A DNA stretch of 59,002 nt from an uncultured Verrucomicrobiota bacterium (GTDB lineage: Bacteria > Verrucomicrobiota > Kiritimatiellia > CAIKKV01 > CAITUY01), in the NCBI GenBank assembly GCA_964404035.1, contig CAYOIT010000003.1, positions 1-59,002 on the forward strand. The letters are read 5' to 3'. Shown here piece by piece: positions 26,837-36,562 of the stretch. The position numbers were made by a program, and so were the translations under genes. Positions within the stretch are counted from its first letter, which is position 1. Each line of letters begins with the position of its first letter. The notes below the pieces were generated by a model. It was not told the DNA's origin. It made no database searches and was given only the letters and a program-made list of their open reading frames with translations.

Positions 26837-28210
26837 TCATCCTACGATGACTTCCTCATCCGGCAGCCGAATGGCCTGCCCGATGTCCTGGCGCCCGATC
26901 ACCAGTGCCAGGGTTAACGGGCCCACCCGTCCGACAAACATCAGCAGCATGATGATGAGTTTTCCGGCGGTGGTGAGCGTCGGGGTGATCCCGGTGGACA
27001 ATCCAACGGTACCAAACGCGGATACCGCCTCAAAGAGCAATCCATCCGCCCTGCCGACCGCCCGGAGGACCGGTGACGGCGGCTCAACCGTCAGGAGAAG
27101 CCCGAAGGCCACGGCGACCAGCACGCTCGCCAGAATGAAGATCGAGAGGGCTTCACGAACAATGTGGAAGGGAATCGTGCGGCCATGGCTTTCGACATGG
27201 GGTTTTCCGCGGATCATGGAAAGCATCACGCGCAGCATGACGGCGACCGTGGTGATCTTGATGCCGCCGGCGGTTGAGCAGGGGCCGCCGCCGATGAACA
27301 TGAACAGCATGGTGAGAAACAGCGTGGCAGGATGAACCAGGCCCATGTCCACCACGTTGAAGCCCGCCGTACGCGGCGTGATGGAATGAAACAGGGACAC
27401 GACCAGCTTGTTCAGGGTGTTCAACGGCGCCAGGGTTCCGTTCCATTCAGCCAGGCCGATCAGGACCCAGCCGGACAGTACCAGGATCAAGGTGGTCTTG
27501 AGGACGATCTTGGTGTGGAGGGTGAGCCGTCCCCGGACCAGCCGGTTCCGGCGCCAGAACCGGATGGAACTGAGGTCGTAGAGCACCAGGAATCCAATGC
27601 CTCCGAGAACGATGAGGGCGGCGATGGTGAGCAACAGCACCGGGTCGTTCTGCCAGGACGCGAGGTTGTCAGGAAAGAGCGCAAACCCCGCATTGCAGAA
27701 GGCGCTGATGGAATGGAAGAGGCCGCTGTAGAGCGCCTCCCCGAATGGCTGGGCCTGAGTGGTCATGAGCCGATGCGTCAGGACGGCGGCCCCGGCGGCC
27801 TCAAACAGGAGGGTAAACAGGATGGCCCGTCTCAGCAGGGAGGGCAGGCCGCGGATCCGGTCATAGCCGAGCGAGTCGATCAAAACGAACTCATTCTGCA
27901 TGCCCAGCCGGCGTCCCACCATCACGAGCAGAAAGGTTCCCAGGGTCATGATTCCCAGGCCGCCGGCCTGGATCATGACGAGGATGGCCCCCTGGCCGAA
28001 ACGGGAGAAGTGTGAGCTGATGTCGACCACGCTCAGGCCGGTTACGCACGTGGCGCTGGTGGCGGTGAAGAAAGCGGTCAGGGGATCCGTCCAGGTATTC
28101 CGGCTGCTGGAGACCGGGAGGCACAGTACCAAGCCCCCCAACAGGATGGCGGCGGCAAAGGCCCGCACGAGAATCCATTCCGGGCTGGCTTTGGTTCTGA
28201 ACGGACTCAT
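26837..28210 (-). CDS. trkH: Trk/Ktr-type K+ transporter membrane subunit
   Basis: Start re-set to the ATG at 28210 (MSPFRTKASPEW...), because the track ORF extends into the aminotransferase gene. Polytopic, with selectivity-filter-like strings TATSATCVTGLS, IQAGGLG, CNAGF and GGGPCSTAGGIK. Confidence 0.85.
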   Translation of the reverse strand: MSPFRTKASPEWILVRAFAAAILLGGLVLCLPVSSSRNTWTDPLTAFFTATSATCVTGLSVVDISSHFSRFGQGAILVMIQAGGLGIMTLGTFLLVMVGRRLGMQNEFVLIDSLGYDRIRGLPSLLRRAILFTLLFEAAGAAVLTHRLMTTQAQPFGEALYSGLFHSISAFCNAGFALFPDNLASWQNDPVLLLTIAALIVLGGIGFLVLYDLSSIRFWRRNRLVRGRLTLHTKIVLKTTLILVLSGWVLIGLAEWNGTLAPLNTLNKLVVSLFHSITPRTAGFNVVDMGLVHPATLFLTMLFMFIGGGPCSTAGGIKITTVAVMLRVMLSMIRGKPHVESHGRTIPFHIVREALSIFILASVLVAVAFGLLLTVEPPSPVLRAVGRADGLLFEAVSAFGTVGLSTGITPTLTTAGKLIIMLLMFVGRVGPLTLALVIGRQDIGQAIRLPDEEVIVG

Positions 28211-28241
28211 AAGCGCGAACAGCCGCCCCCGATCCGTAGCG

Positions 28242-29447
28242 TCACGGTTTGCGTAACCGGGCCACAAAACGCGCCATGCGGGCGGTGGCTTCCTTGATCT
28301 CTTCCAGATCGGTCGCATAGGCACAGCGCAGGAAGCCTTCACCGCAGGCCCCAAACGCGCTGCCGGGCACGCAGGCCACGTTCTCCTCGTCGAGCAGACG
28401 CAGTGCGAACTCCTTGGAGCTCAATCCGTAATCCCCGATGTAGGGAAAGACATAGAAGGCGCCCTTGGGCACATGACAGGGCAGCCCCATCTCATTCAAC
28501 TCAGCGCAGATGAAATTACGCCGCTTTTCGTACGAGCTCCGCATCTCCTCGGTGTCGACCTGTGTCTTGAGGGCCTCGATGGCCGCCAACTGGCTGATGA
28601 TCGGGGCACACATCATGATGTACTGGTGGATCTTCATCATGGCCTCGCTCAACTCGGGGGTGGAGCAGGCGTAGCCCAGACGGAAACCAGTCATGGCCCA
28701 GCCTTTCGAGAAGCCGTGCAGGAAGATGGTGCGGTCCTTCATGCCCGGAACCGCGGCGATACTGGTCCGCACCCCGTCGTACGTCAATTCGGAGTAGATC
28801 TCATCGGTGATCAGGACCAGATCATGCTCCTTGGCAAACGCGGAGATCTCCTCCACATCGCTCTGGGCCAACGTGGCACCCGTGGGATTGGTGGGGAAAT
28901 TGAGGATCAGCGCGCGGGTTCGCGATGTGACCTTTTCTTCCAGCATGCGGCGCGTGATCCGGAATCCGTCCTCGCGCCGTGTTGAAACCGCCACCGGCAC
29001 CCCGTGGGCAAACCGGATTTCAGGGGCGTACGAGACGAAGCAGGGCTCATGGTAGAGGACCTCATCGCCCGGCTCAATGATGGCCCGGATGGCCAGATCC
29101 AGCGCTTCGCTGACGCCGACCGTGATCAGGATCTCGGTCTCGGGGTTGTACTCCACGCCGAACATCTTCCCGACGTAGGCGGAGATGCTGCGGCGCAGTT
29201 CAATCAGTCCGCGATTCGACGTGTAGGTCGTGGCGCCGCGATCCAGGGCGAACATCGCCTGTTCGCGAATGTGCCAGGGGGTCACGAAATCAGGCTCTCC
29301 GATGCCCAGGCTGATCACGTCTTTGCGCGCGCTGACGATATCGAAGAAATCCCGGATTCCCGACCGGGGAATATCGCGCAAGTAACCGGCGACAAAGTCG
29401 CGGTGGGTTCCCGGGACGGTATCAGGGCGAGACTTTGAGCCGCTCAT
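28242..29447 (-). CDS. Class I/II pyridoxal-phosphate-dependent aminotransferase (aspartate/aromatic type)
   Basis: Motifs: GIGEPDF, NFPTNPTGA, and FSKGWAMTGFRLGY (PLP lysine). 401 aa. Confidence 0.9.
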   Translation of the reverse strand: MSGSKSRPDTVPGTHRDFVAGYLRDIPRSGIRDFFDIVSARKDVISLGIGEPDFVTPWHIREQAMFALDRGATTYTSNRGLIELRRSISAYVGKMFGVEYNPETEILITVGVSEALDLAIRAIIEPGDEVLYHEPCFVSYAPEIRFAHGVPVAVSTRREDGFRITRRMLEEKVTSRTRALILNFPTNPTGATLAQSDVEEISAFAKEHDLVLITDEIYSELTYDGVRTSIAAVPGMKDRTIFLHGFSKGWAMTGFRLGYACSTPELSEAMMKIHQYIMMCAPIISQLAAIEALKTQVDTEEMRSSYEKRRNFICAELNEMGLPCHVPKGAFYVFPYIGDYGLSSKEFALRLLDEENVACVPGSAFGACGEGFLRCAYATDLEEIKEATARMARFVARLRKP

Positions 29448-29901
29448 GGGTCTTCTCCACTTCCATCAAAACGCCGTTGTTCTTGTAGGTCTTCAACATG
29501 AAATGGGTGGCGGTCGAGATGATGCCCGCGATGGTCGCGAGCTTCTCGCTGACAAAGAAAGCCACCTCCTTGAGATCACGACCGGTCACAATCGCCAGCA
29601 GATCGTAGGTGCCCGACATCAGGTAGACCGATTCCACCTCCGGAAATTTGCTGATGCGTTCGGCAATGCGATTAAACCCGCCCTCGCGTTCCGGCGTGAC
29701 CTTGATCTCGATGACGGCCCGGACGAGGCTGACGTCAAGTTGGTCGGTGTTCACAATGGCCTGATAGCCACGGATAATCCCGGACCGCTCATACTCCGCA
29801 ATCCTGGCTTTCACCGATTCCTCGGTCAGGTTCAGCATGCGAGCCAGGTTTTTCGGCGATTCGAGCGCGTTGTGCCTCAATAGTTTGAGGAGTTCGTCCA
29901 T
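29422..29901 (-). CDS. Lrp/AsnC family transcriptional regulator
   Basis: Start re-set to the ATG at 29901 (MDELLKLLRHNALESPKNLARMLNLTEESVKARIAEYERSGIIRGY). C-terminal RAM-like domain. Overlaps the aminotransferase start by 26 nt. Confidence 0.85.
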   Translation of the reverse strand: MDELLKLLRHNALESPKNLARMLNLTEESVKARIAEYERSGIIRGYQAIVNTDQLDVSLVRAVIEIKVTPEREGGFNRIAERISKFPEVESVYLMSGTYDLLAIVTGRDLKEVAFFVSEKLATIAGIISTATHFMLKTYKNNGVLMEVEKTHERLKVSP

Positions 29902-30045
29902 AGGTTGCCTCCCAAGTTTGAACGCAGGTTGCATTCTCTTCCAAAACCCGATATCAGTAACATTTCGGTGAGGGAAGTCAACGGGGAACGGAAGCCGCCA
30001 ACGGCCGGGATCGGTTGCCGGTGGGCCATGGGCATGGGGTGGAAA

Positions 30046-30792
30046 ATGTCGTTAACGAACGTGAAAATTGTCTTGGTGGGCCCGCTTTACGGCGGAAATG
30101 TGGGGTCGGTATGCCGGGCGATGGCCAACATGGGGCTTCGCGACCTGGTGCTGGTGGACCCTTCGGCCCAGCTCAACCAGGCCGAAGCGCGCATGATGGC
30201 GGTGGCGGCGGACTATATCCTCGACAGTCGCCGGGAGGTGGCCACGCTCGCGGAGGCGGTGGCGGAGTGCGGGCTCGTCATGGGCACCACGGCCCGGGCG
30301 GGGCTGTACCGCGCCCATTGCCGAACGCCGCGGGAATGGGTGCCGCAGATCCTCGAAGCCGCGTCGAGCGGGCGGGTGGCCCTGGTGTTCGGACGCGAGA
30401 ATTCCGGACTGACCAACGAGGAAATCGCGCTTTGTACGAACCTGATCCAGATCCCCTCGTCGCCGGACTATCCCTCCATCAACCTCGCCCAGTCCGTCAT
30501 GCTCTGTTGCTACGAGCTCTTTGTGGCCGCGGGGAATTTTGTGCCGCTCGGGGAGATGAGCCCCGTGTGCCCCAATGCCACGCGGGAGCAGATGTTCAAG
30601 ATGTGGCGCGAGATGCTGCTGGCGGTCGGGTTCATGAGCGAAGAGAAGGCGGACCACATGATGCTGGGGCTCCGCCGCATCTTCTCCCGGGCTCCGCTGA
30701 GCGAGGACGATGTCCGCATCCTGCTGGGCATCGCCCGCCAGACCTTGTGGAAGGCGGCACAGGCGGATGGGGTGTCTGGAAAAGGCAGTTGA
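30046..30792 (+). CDS. SPOUT-class RNA 2'-O-methyltransferase (TrmJ/LasT-like)
   Basis: Start at the ATG at 30046 (MSLTNVKIVLVGPLYGGNVGSVCRAMANMG); the track start at 29905 is TTG. Motifs: ALVFGRENSGLTNEE and IPSSPDYPSINLAQSV. Confidence 0.8.
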   Translation: MSLTNVKIVLVGPLYGGNVGSVCRAMANMGLRDLVLVDPSAQLNQAEARMMAVAADYILDSRREVATLAEAVAECGLVMGTTARAGLYRAHCRTPREWVPQILEAASSGRVALVFGRENSGLTNEEIALCTNLIQIPSSPDYPSINLAQSVMLCCYELFVAAGNFVPLGEMSPVCPNATREQMFKMWREMLLAVGFMSEEKADHMMLGLRRIFSRAPLSEDDVRILLGIARQTLWKAAQADGVSGKGS

Positions 30793-30869
30793 ATTCCCCG
30801 CAATCGCCTTCATAATACTCTACGCAACGACGCGATGCTGCGAGGACTTGTTTTTTGGAGAGAGAAGCC

Positions 30870-33296
30870 ATGGCGGACTCAAAACCCAATCCCGAGGTTG
30901 AAGTGATGGAGCAGGAACCGAAACCGGAGACCAAGAGCATCATGCCTGCCCGGTATGTGTTCCCGGATGTGCTGCCCATTCTGCCGCTCCTGAACCGCCC
31001 CTTGTTTCCGAAGATGATGGTGCCGCTCTCGGTTGAGGATGGGCCCCTCAAGGAGATGGTGGCCAAAGCGGTGCAATCGTCCACCAAGTTCATCGGGCTG
31101 GTCCTGGCCCGGGAGACCGCGAACGGCGAAGATCGGCAGATCCCGAAGAAAGCTTCCGAGCTTCATGACGTCGGTGTCATTGCCGAGATTCTCCAGGCGA
31201 GTCAGTCTTCCACGGAAGGGGCGATTCAGATCATGGTGGGGGTGCTCGAACGTTTCCGGATCACGGATGTCGTTGCGGAAGATCCCTACATCTCGGCTCG
31301 CGTCAGCTATGTCATCGAGACCGAAATGGCCGATAACGATGAATTGAAGGCCTATTCGTTGTCCATCGTCACGGCCATCAAGGATCTGCTGCAGCTCAAT
31401 CCCCTGTTCAAGGAGGAGCTGAATCTTTTCCTGAACCGGTCGAATATCAAGGAGCCGGGCCGGTTGGCGGATTTCGCGGCCGCCATGACCACCGCCACGG
31501 GAAGGGACCTGCAGGAGGTTCTCGAGGCGTTCAGCATTCGCGTGCGCATCGAGAAGGTGCTGTTGTTGCTGAAGAAGGAAATCGATATCTCCCGCCTGCA
31601 GGTGAAGATCAACAAGCAGATCGAGGAGAAGGTCTCGAAGCAACAGCATGACTTCTTCCTTCGGGAACAGCTCAAGGCCATCAAGAAGGAGCTCGGGCTG
31701 GTCAAGGAAGGGAAGGAAACCGAACTGGACGAGTTCAAGGAGCGCCTCTCCAAGCTGACGGTTCCCGAAGAGGCCCAGGAACGCATCAACGAGGAGATGA
31801 GCAAGCTCAGCGTGATGGAACCCCATTCGCCGGAGTTCACCGTCAGCCGGAACTATCTCGACTGGCTGACCCTGCTCCCCTGGGGGGTGTTCAGCAAGGA
31901 CAGCTATGACATCAAGAAGGCGGCGAGCATTCTCAACGCCGACCACCACGGTCTGGAGGATGTGAAGAACCGCATTCTGGAGTTTCTCTCGGTCGGCATT
32001 CTCAAGGGGAACATCTCCGGCTCGATCATCTGTTTCGTGGGGCCCCCGGGCGTCGGCAAGACGTCCATCGGGCAGTCGATTGCCCGCAGCATCGGGCGCA
32101 AGTTTTACCGGTTTTCCCTGGGCGGCATGCGCGACGAAGCGGAGATCAAGGGGCATCGCCGGACCTACATCGGGGCGATGCCCGGCAAGTTCCTGCAGGC
32201 CATCAAAGTCTGCAAGACCCAGAACCCCGTCATCATGCTGGATGAAGTCGACAAGATCGGGGCCAGTTTCCATGGCGATCCGGCCTCCGCCTTGCTGGAA
32301 GTGCTGGACCCGGAGCAGAACAAGGACTTCCTCGATCACTATCTGGACGTCAGGTTTGACCTGTCGAATGTTCTGTTCATCTGCACCTGCAATCAGGTGG
32401 ACACCATCCCGGCCCCTCTCCTGGACCGGATGGAGGTGATCAAACTGGCGGGCTATATCCTCGAGGAGAAGATCCAGATTGCCAACAAGTACCTGATCCC
32501 GAAACAACGGGCCGCGCACGGATTGACGCCGCGGCAGCTCGTGATCGGGGCGGCGGCGTTACGCGAGATCATCGACGGGTACGCCCGCGAACCCGGGGTC
32601 CGCGGGCTGGAGAATCAGATCAAGAAGATCTGCCGCAAGGCCGCCAAGCTGATTGTCGAGAAGAAGAAGGTCCGGGTGGTGGTGACCCTGAAGGCGCTCA
32701 AGACCTATCTGGGCCGCCGGTTGTTTTCCGAGAGCGATCCGTACAAGAAGCCGAGGCCCGGCGTGGTCATGGGCCTGGCTTGGACAAGCCTGGGCGGCTC
32801 GACGCTCTACGTCGAGGCGGCCCGCGTGGAATCCAAGGCTCCCGGGTTCAAGCAGACCGGCCAGCTCGGGGCGGTCATGGTGGAGTCCTCGGAGATCGCC
32901 TACACCTATGTGCGGTCCTTTCTCAATGATGACGCAAAGGCGAAGGACTTCTTTGAGAAGCATTTCATCCATCTGCACGTGCCCGCGGGGGCCACGCCGA
33001 AGGACGGACCTTCAGCCGGGATCACCATGGCCACCGCCCTGTACTCACTGGCGCTCCACAAGCCGATCCGGGCCCATTACGCGATGACCGGAGAACTTAC
33101 GCTGACCGGGTTTGTGCTGCCCATCGGCGGCCTGAAGGAGAAGGCGATCGCCGCCAAGCGGGCCGGTGTGGTCGACCTGATCTTTCCCGCAGAGAACAAG
33201 AAGGATTTTGATGAGCTCCCGTCGCACATTCGCAAAGGACTGCACCCGCATTTTGTCGCCACGTTCCGCGACGTCGTGAAGCTGTGCTTCACTTGA
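30870..33296 (+). CDS. lon: ATP-dependent Lon protease
   Basis: The track start at 30855 is TTG. I use the ATG at 30870, which is preceded by GGAGAG. Walker A GPPGVGKTS, protease Ser in PKDGPSAGITMATAL, and an N-terminal LON substrate-binding domain. Confidence 0.95.
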   Translation: MADSKPNPEVEVMEQEPKPETKSIMPARYVFPDVLPILPLLNRPLFPKMMVPLSVEDGPLKEMVAKAVQSSTKFIGLVLARETANGEDRQIPKKASELHDVGVIAEILQASQSSTEGAIQIMVGVLERFRITDVVAEDPYISARVSYVIETEMADNDELKAYSLSIVTAIKDLLQLNPLFKEELNLFLNRSNIKEPGRLADFAAAMTTATGRDLQEVLEAFSIRVRIEKVLLLLKKEIDISRLQVKINKQIEEKVSKQQHDFFLREQLKAIKKELGLVKEGKETELDEFKERLSKLTVPEEAQERINEEMSKLSVMEPHSPEFTVSRNYLDWLTLLPWGVFSKDSYDIKKAASILNADHHGLEDVKNRILEFLSVGILKGNISGSIICFVGPPGVGKTSIGQSIARSIGRKFYRFSLGGMRDEAEIKGHRRTYIGAMPGKFLQAIKVCKTQNPVIMLDEVDKIGASFHGDPASALLEVLDPEQNKDFLDHYLDVRFDLSNVLFICTCNQVDTIPAPLLDRMEVIKLAGYILEEKIQIANKYLIPKQRAAHGLTPRQLVIGAAALREIIDGYAREPGVRGLENQIKKICRKAAKLIVEKKKVRVVVTLKALKTYLGRRLFSESDPYKKPRPGVVMGLAWTSLGGSTLYVEAARVESKAPGFKQTGQLGAVMVESSEIAYTYVRSFLNDDAKAKDFFEKHFIHLHVPAGATPKDGPSAGITMATALYSLALHKPIRAHYAMTGELTLTGFVLPIGGLKEKAIAAKRAGVVDLIFPAENKKDFDELPSHIRKGLHPHFVATFRDVVKLCFT

Positions 33297-33321
33297 ATCC
33301 CCCGTAAAGAGCCGAGGTGGG

Positions 33322-33338
33322 ACAGGCTGGAAGCCTGT
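33322..33338. terminator. Small hairpin (ACAGGCT-GGA-AGCCTGT) between convergent lon and ATPase genes
   Basis: 7-bp inverted repeat in the 48-nt convergent spacer. No T-tract. Confidence 0.2.
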
Positions 33339-33344
33339 GTCACC

Positions 33345-35105
33345 TTAGGCACCGGCCGCGAGCTCGGCGCGGCGGGTGACCCGCATGACTTCCTCGATGG
33401 TGGTGTCTCCCCGGAGCGCCCGTTTCCAGGCATCCTTGCGAAGGGTGACAAATCCCGAGGCCTCGGCCTGGTGGCGGATTTCGTTCGACGGGCGCTGTTT
33501 AACGATCATGGCGCGCAAAGCATCGTCAAGGACCATGATCTCGAAGATGGCCAGCCGTCCCCGATAGCCCGTGAAGCTGCATTCCGGGCAGCCGCGTCCC
33601 TTGTGGAAGGTGGCTCCGTCCTGGCTGCCAGGCATGGTAAGGCGGAGTTCCTCCAGCACGGCGTCGTCCGGTTTCATCTCTTCCTTGCAGGCGGGGCAGA
33701 TGCGGCGCACCAGGCGCTGGGCGATGACGCCCTCCAGACAGGAGGACACCAGATAGGGCTCAATCCCCATGTCGGTCAAGCGCGTGATGGCGCTCGGCGC
33801 GTCGTTGGTGTGCAGCGTGCTGAACACCAGATGCCCGGTGAGGGAGGCCCGCACGGCAATATCGGCGGTTTCCGAATCGCGGATTTCGCCGATCAGAACG
33901 ATATCGGGATCGTGCCGCAGGATCGATCGCAGGATGGCGGCGAACGAGAGCCCGATTTTGGGATGCACCTGGATCTGGTTGATCCCTTCCATCTGGTATT
34001 CGATGGGATCCTCCACCGTGATGATTTTCACGGCCGGCGTATTCAGGCGGGACAGCGTGGCGTAGAGGGTGGTGGTCTTGCCGCTGCCCGTCGGGCCTGT
34101 GATCAGAATCACCCCGTGGGGCAGGGCGGAGAGCTTCTCGATGGCCGGGCGCTGGTCTTCCCCGAGGCCCAGGTGCTTCAGGTCGATGAACATCGCCTTG
34201 CGGTTGAGAATACGCATGTTGACGGTTTCCCCGTAGCGGGTGGGGAGGAGCGACACGCGCAGATCGAATTCTTCATTTCCGGAACGGACCTTGATGCGGC
34301 CGTCATGGGGCTTGCGCCGTTCGGCGATATCGAGCTCGGCCATGATCTTGACGCAGGAGGCGACCGCCTTCCTGAATTTCTGAACGCCTTTCGGGAGCGG
34401 GATCTCCTGCAGGATGCCGTCGATGCGGTAGCGCAGGCGGAGATGGGTCTCGAACGGTTCAAGATGAATGTCCGTGGCGTTGCGCCGGATGGCTTCTGAG
34501 ATGATCTGGTTGACAAAGCGGATCATGCCGGCATCCGCCGCGTCGGTGCCCGTCGTGACGTCGGTTTCGCGAATCTCGATCTCTTCGGCAAGGGAGGCCT
34601 CGGAGATGCTGTCGACCGTTTCGGCCCCGAGTCCGTAAAAGTGCTGCAGCGTACGGTTCACATCCGTCTCGGCGCAAAGCACCCAGTCGATGGCCAGGTT
34701 GAGCACCATGCGCAAGTTGTCGCTGACGACGAGCGACGGAACCTGGCTGGTGCCGAGGGTCATGACGCTGCCTTTGAGTTCGAGAGGAATGACCCGGTAG
34801 TTGAGGGCGACTTTGGCGGGAAGATGCCCGACCTCCTCCTGGGTGATGCGGAAATCCGCCACGGCCCGATGCGGAATGTTGGTGAGGGCGGACAGGGCCT
34901 CGAGCACTTCAGACTCCGGCACAAAACGATCCCTGACGAGCAGAATGTCGAGGCGGTCGCCCGTCAAGGCACTCCTCACGTTCAGTTCCTCGATCTGCTC
35001 CCGGCTGACCCGGCCATGTTCGATCAGGGTCTGGCCCAGCTCGATCATCAGATGGTCGGTGAAGAAACGCCTCTCGGCTGTGGGGGCGTGGTGTTCGGTC
35101 GTCAT
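33345..35105 (-). CDS. Type II secretion / type IV pilus assembly ATPase (GspE/PilB family)
   Basis: Walker A GPTGSGKTT. Tetracysteine motif CPACKEE...CPECSFTGYRGR. N-terminal T2SSE_N-like repeats. 586 aa. Confidence 0.9.
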   Translation of the reverse strand: MTTEHHAPTAERRFFTDHLMIELGQTLIEHGRVSREQIEELNVRSALTGDRLDILLVRDRFVPESEVLEALSALTNIPHRAVADFRITQEEVGHLPAKVALNYRVIPLELKGSVMTLGTSQVPSLVVSDNLRMVLNLAIDWVLCAETDVNRTLQHFYGLGAETVDSISEASLAEEIEIRETDVTTGTDAADAGMIRFVNQIISEAIRRNATDIHLEPFETHLRLRYRIDGILQEIPLPKGVQKFRKAVASCVKIMAELDIAERRKPHDGRIKVRSGNEEFDLRVSLLPTRYGETVNMRILNRKAMFIDLKHLGLGEDQRPAIEKLSALPHGVILITGPTGSGKTTTLYATLSRLNTPAVKIITVEDPIEYQMEGINQIQVHPKIGLSFAAILRSILRHDPDIVLIGEIRDSETADIAVRASLTGHLVFSTLHTNDAPSAITRLTDMGIEPYLVSSCLEGVIAQRLVRRICPACKEEMKPDDAVLEELRLTMPGSQDGATFHKGRGCPECSFTGYRGRLAIFEIMVLDDALRAMIVKQRPSNEIRHQAEASGFVTLRKDAWKRALRGDTTIEEVMRVTRRAELAAGA

Positions 35106-35109
35106 AGGG

Positions 35110-35700
35110 TCACTCCGCGAACGATTGAGGGATTCCCCGCTTGAGCGTGGCGGATGACTGATCGGCCTGATTCACGCTGAGCGACTCGGCTTCCATGCTC
35201 ACGAGCTTCAGCCCGAAAAGATTGGTTCCGGCGGCGTAGAAAGCGGTTCGGCGGCTTTTCGAATCGCCAATCATCGCCATGGGGACGCCATCCCCCCGCA
35301 CGTACATGCCACGGTAGGTCAAGGTGATGGTCTCCTTGACCCGAGGCGGGGTGGGCCTTTCAGTATTGGGGGATGGGTCAGTCCTGGGCTGGACTTTCGG
35401 CTGCTCCGGCTTGTCCTGCGGCTTGACCGTGGGCGGGGCTTGAATCGCCGCATCCGCCGGGATGAAGAGGCTGCTGGCACGATTGGTTCCCGCGGTCTGC
35501 TGGGCCTCCAGATAGGCCAGAACACCCAGGCCGGGCCCGGCCTGTTCACCGGAGGTGCCGCTGGCCACAGCCGCCGGTGCTTGGACGGGGGTCATGAGTT
35601 TCCAGGTCCACCAGGCGGCCACCCCGATCAGCGCGAGCAACAGGCAGAAAAACACTGCCTTCGCGTTCGCCTGCTTCAACCATTTCCAGAGATTGTCCAT
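35110..35700 (-). CDS. Membrane-anchored Pro-rich protein, PilP/GspC-like (tentative)
   Basis: N-terminal TM helix (AVFFCLLLALIGVAAWW), then a Pro/Gln-rich linker and a C-terminal beta-domain string ITLTYRGMYVRGDGVPMAMIGD...LFGLKLVSMEAESLSV. Sits between the PilO-like and ATPase genes. Confidence 0.45.
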   Translation of the reverse strand: MDNLWKWLKQANAKAVFFCLLLALIGVAAWWTWKLMTPVQAPAAVASGTSGEQAGPGLGVLAYLEAQQTAGTNRASSLFIPADAAIQAPPTVKPQDKPEQPKVQPRTDPSPNTERPTPPRVKETITLTYRGMYVRGDGVPMAMIGDSKSRRTAFYAAGTNLFGLKLVSMEAESLSVNQADQSSATLKRGIPQSFAE

Positions 35701-35722
35701 CGTCTTTCGACCATTCCTCGGG

Positions 35723-36562
35723 TCAGTGTCCCATCGGTCGGCGGGGACGGTTGTTCTTCACTTCGGTCGGCGCCCCTGCCAGGTCGCCGGGGTTCTTCAG
35801 GAAAACCAGGGCGCTCATGACGGCTTTGATATTCAGGAGGTCCGAACGCGATCGCCCCGTCGGCTCAACGCGGAGCCCCCTGAGGACAAACACCTGCCCC
35901 GGTTCCATGACGACCCCCAGCAGTTCGTAGAGATTGTCCTGGGTGCCGTACAGGTCCAACTCAAGGGGGTATTCCCTGAAGTACTCGACTTTCCCGGCTC
36001 CCGCCCGATGCGCAACGGCGGGAAGGGGACGAAGGCCGCGGACCGTCTTGATCTTGAGGTCAAGCGCGAGATCGACCAGTTTCTCGACAACCTTCAGCTG
36101 AAGCATGCGCTCGAAGGCATCCTCGTTGCTGACAATCGTTTCGTCCACGCCCAGGTCGTTGGGAAGGCTGATCCCGAGTGCCCTGGATTTTTGAAGCAAC
36201 CGCTGGCGGACGGTGAAGAGCCGGACCTTGAAGTCGATGTGGGCGACACTTGAGGTGGTCGAGTCCTCGCGCGGCACCAGCGCTCCCAGGTGGTTCACGG
36301 TGCCCTGCCATTCCTGTTCGAGCTTCTGGTAGCGGACGATTTCCGAATCCAGCTTGCGCTGAAGGGCATCTTCACCCAGCAGGTAGTTCTTCTGCGCCAA
36401 CTCCTGGGCCATGTTCTCAATATCCTGCTCCATGCGGCTTCGTTCCCGGTTCATGGGCAACAGCAGGAAGTACCAAAGCAAGGACAGAATGCCGCCGACG
36501 GCCAGGATGATGGCTACCACCTGCTGCCGTTCCGAAACTTTTCCCTCGAGGCCGAGATTCAC
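35723..36562 (-). CDS. PilO/GspM-like pilus assembly protein (tentative)
   Basis: GTG start forming a GTGA overlap with the upstream stop. TM helix VVAIILAVGGILSLLWYFLLL, then a coiled coil and a C-terminal ferredoxin-like string PLELDLYGTQDNLYELLGVVME. Confidence 0.5.
   Translation of the reverse strand: MNLGLEGKVSERQQVVAIILAVGGILSLLWYFLLLPMNRERSRMEQDIENMAQELAQKNYLLGEDALQRKLDSEIVRYQKLEQEWQGTVNHLGALVPREDSTTSSVAHIDFKVRLFTVRQRLLQKSRALGISLPNDLGVDETIVSNEDAFERMLQLKVVEKLVDLALDLKIKTVRGLRPLPAVAHRAGAGKVEYFREYPLELDLYGTQDNLYELLGVVMEPGQVFVLRGLRVEPTGRSRSDLLNIKAVMSALVFLKNPGDLAGAPTEVKNNRPRRPMGH

Noticed and set aside
26837-28354. 505-aa version of trkH overlapping the aminotransferase gene by 113 nt.
   Set aside because: The extra 48 aa are non-hydrophobic, Arg/Pro/Trp-rich and overlap a well-supported gene. 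The ATG at 28210 precedes the first TM helix.
30015-30815. 266-aa alternate-frame ORF and 253-aa antisense ORF over the TrmJ-like gene.
   Set aside because: Both have Gly/Arg/Pro-rich composition and no motifs. The annotated frame carries clear SPOUT methyltransferase motifs.
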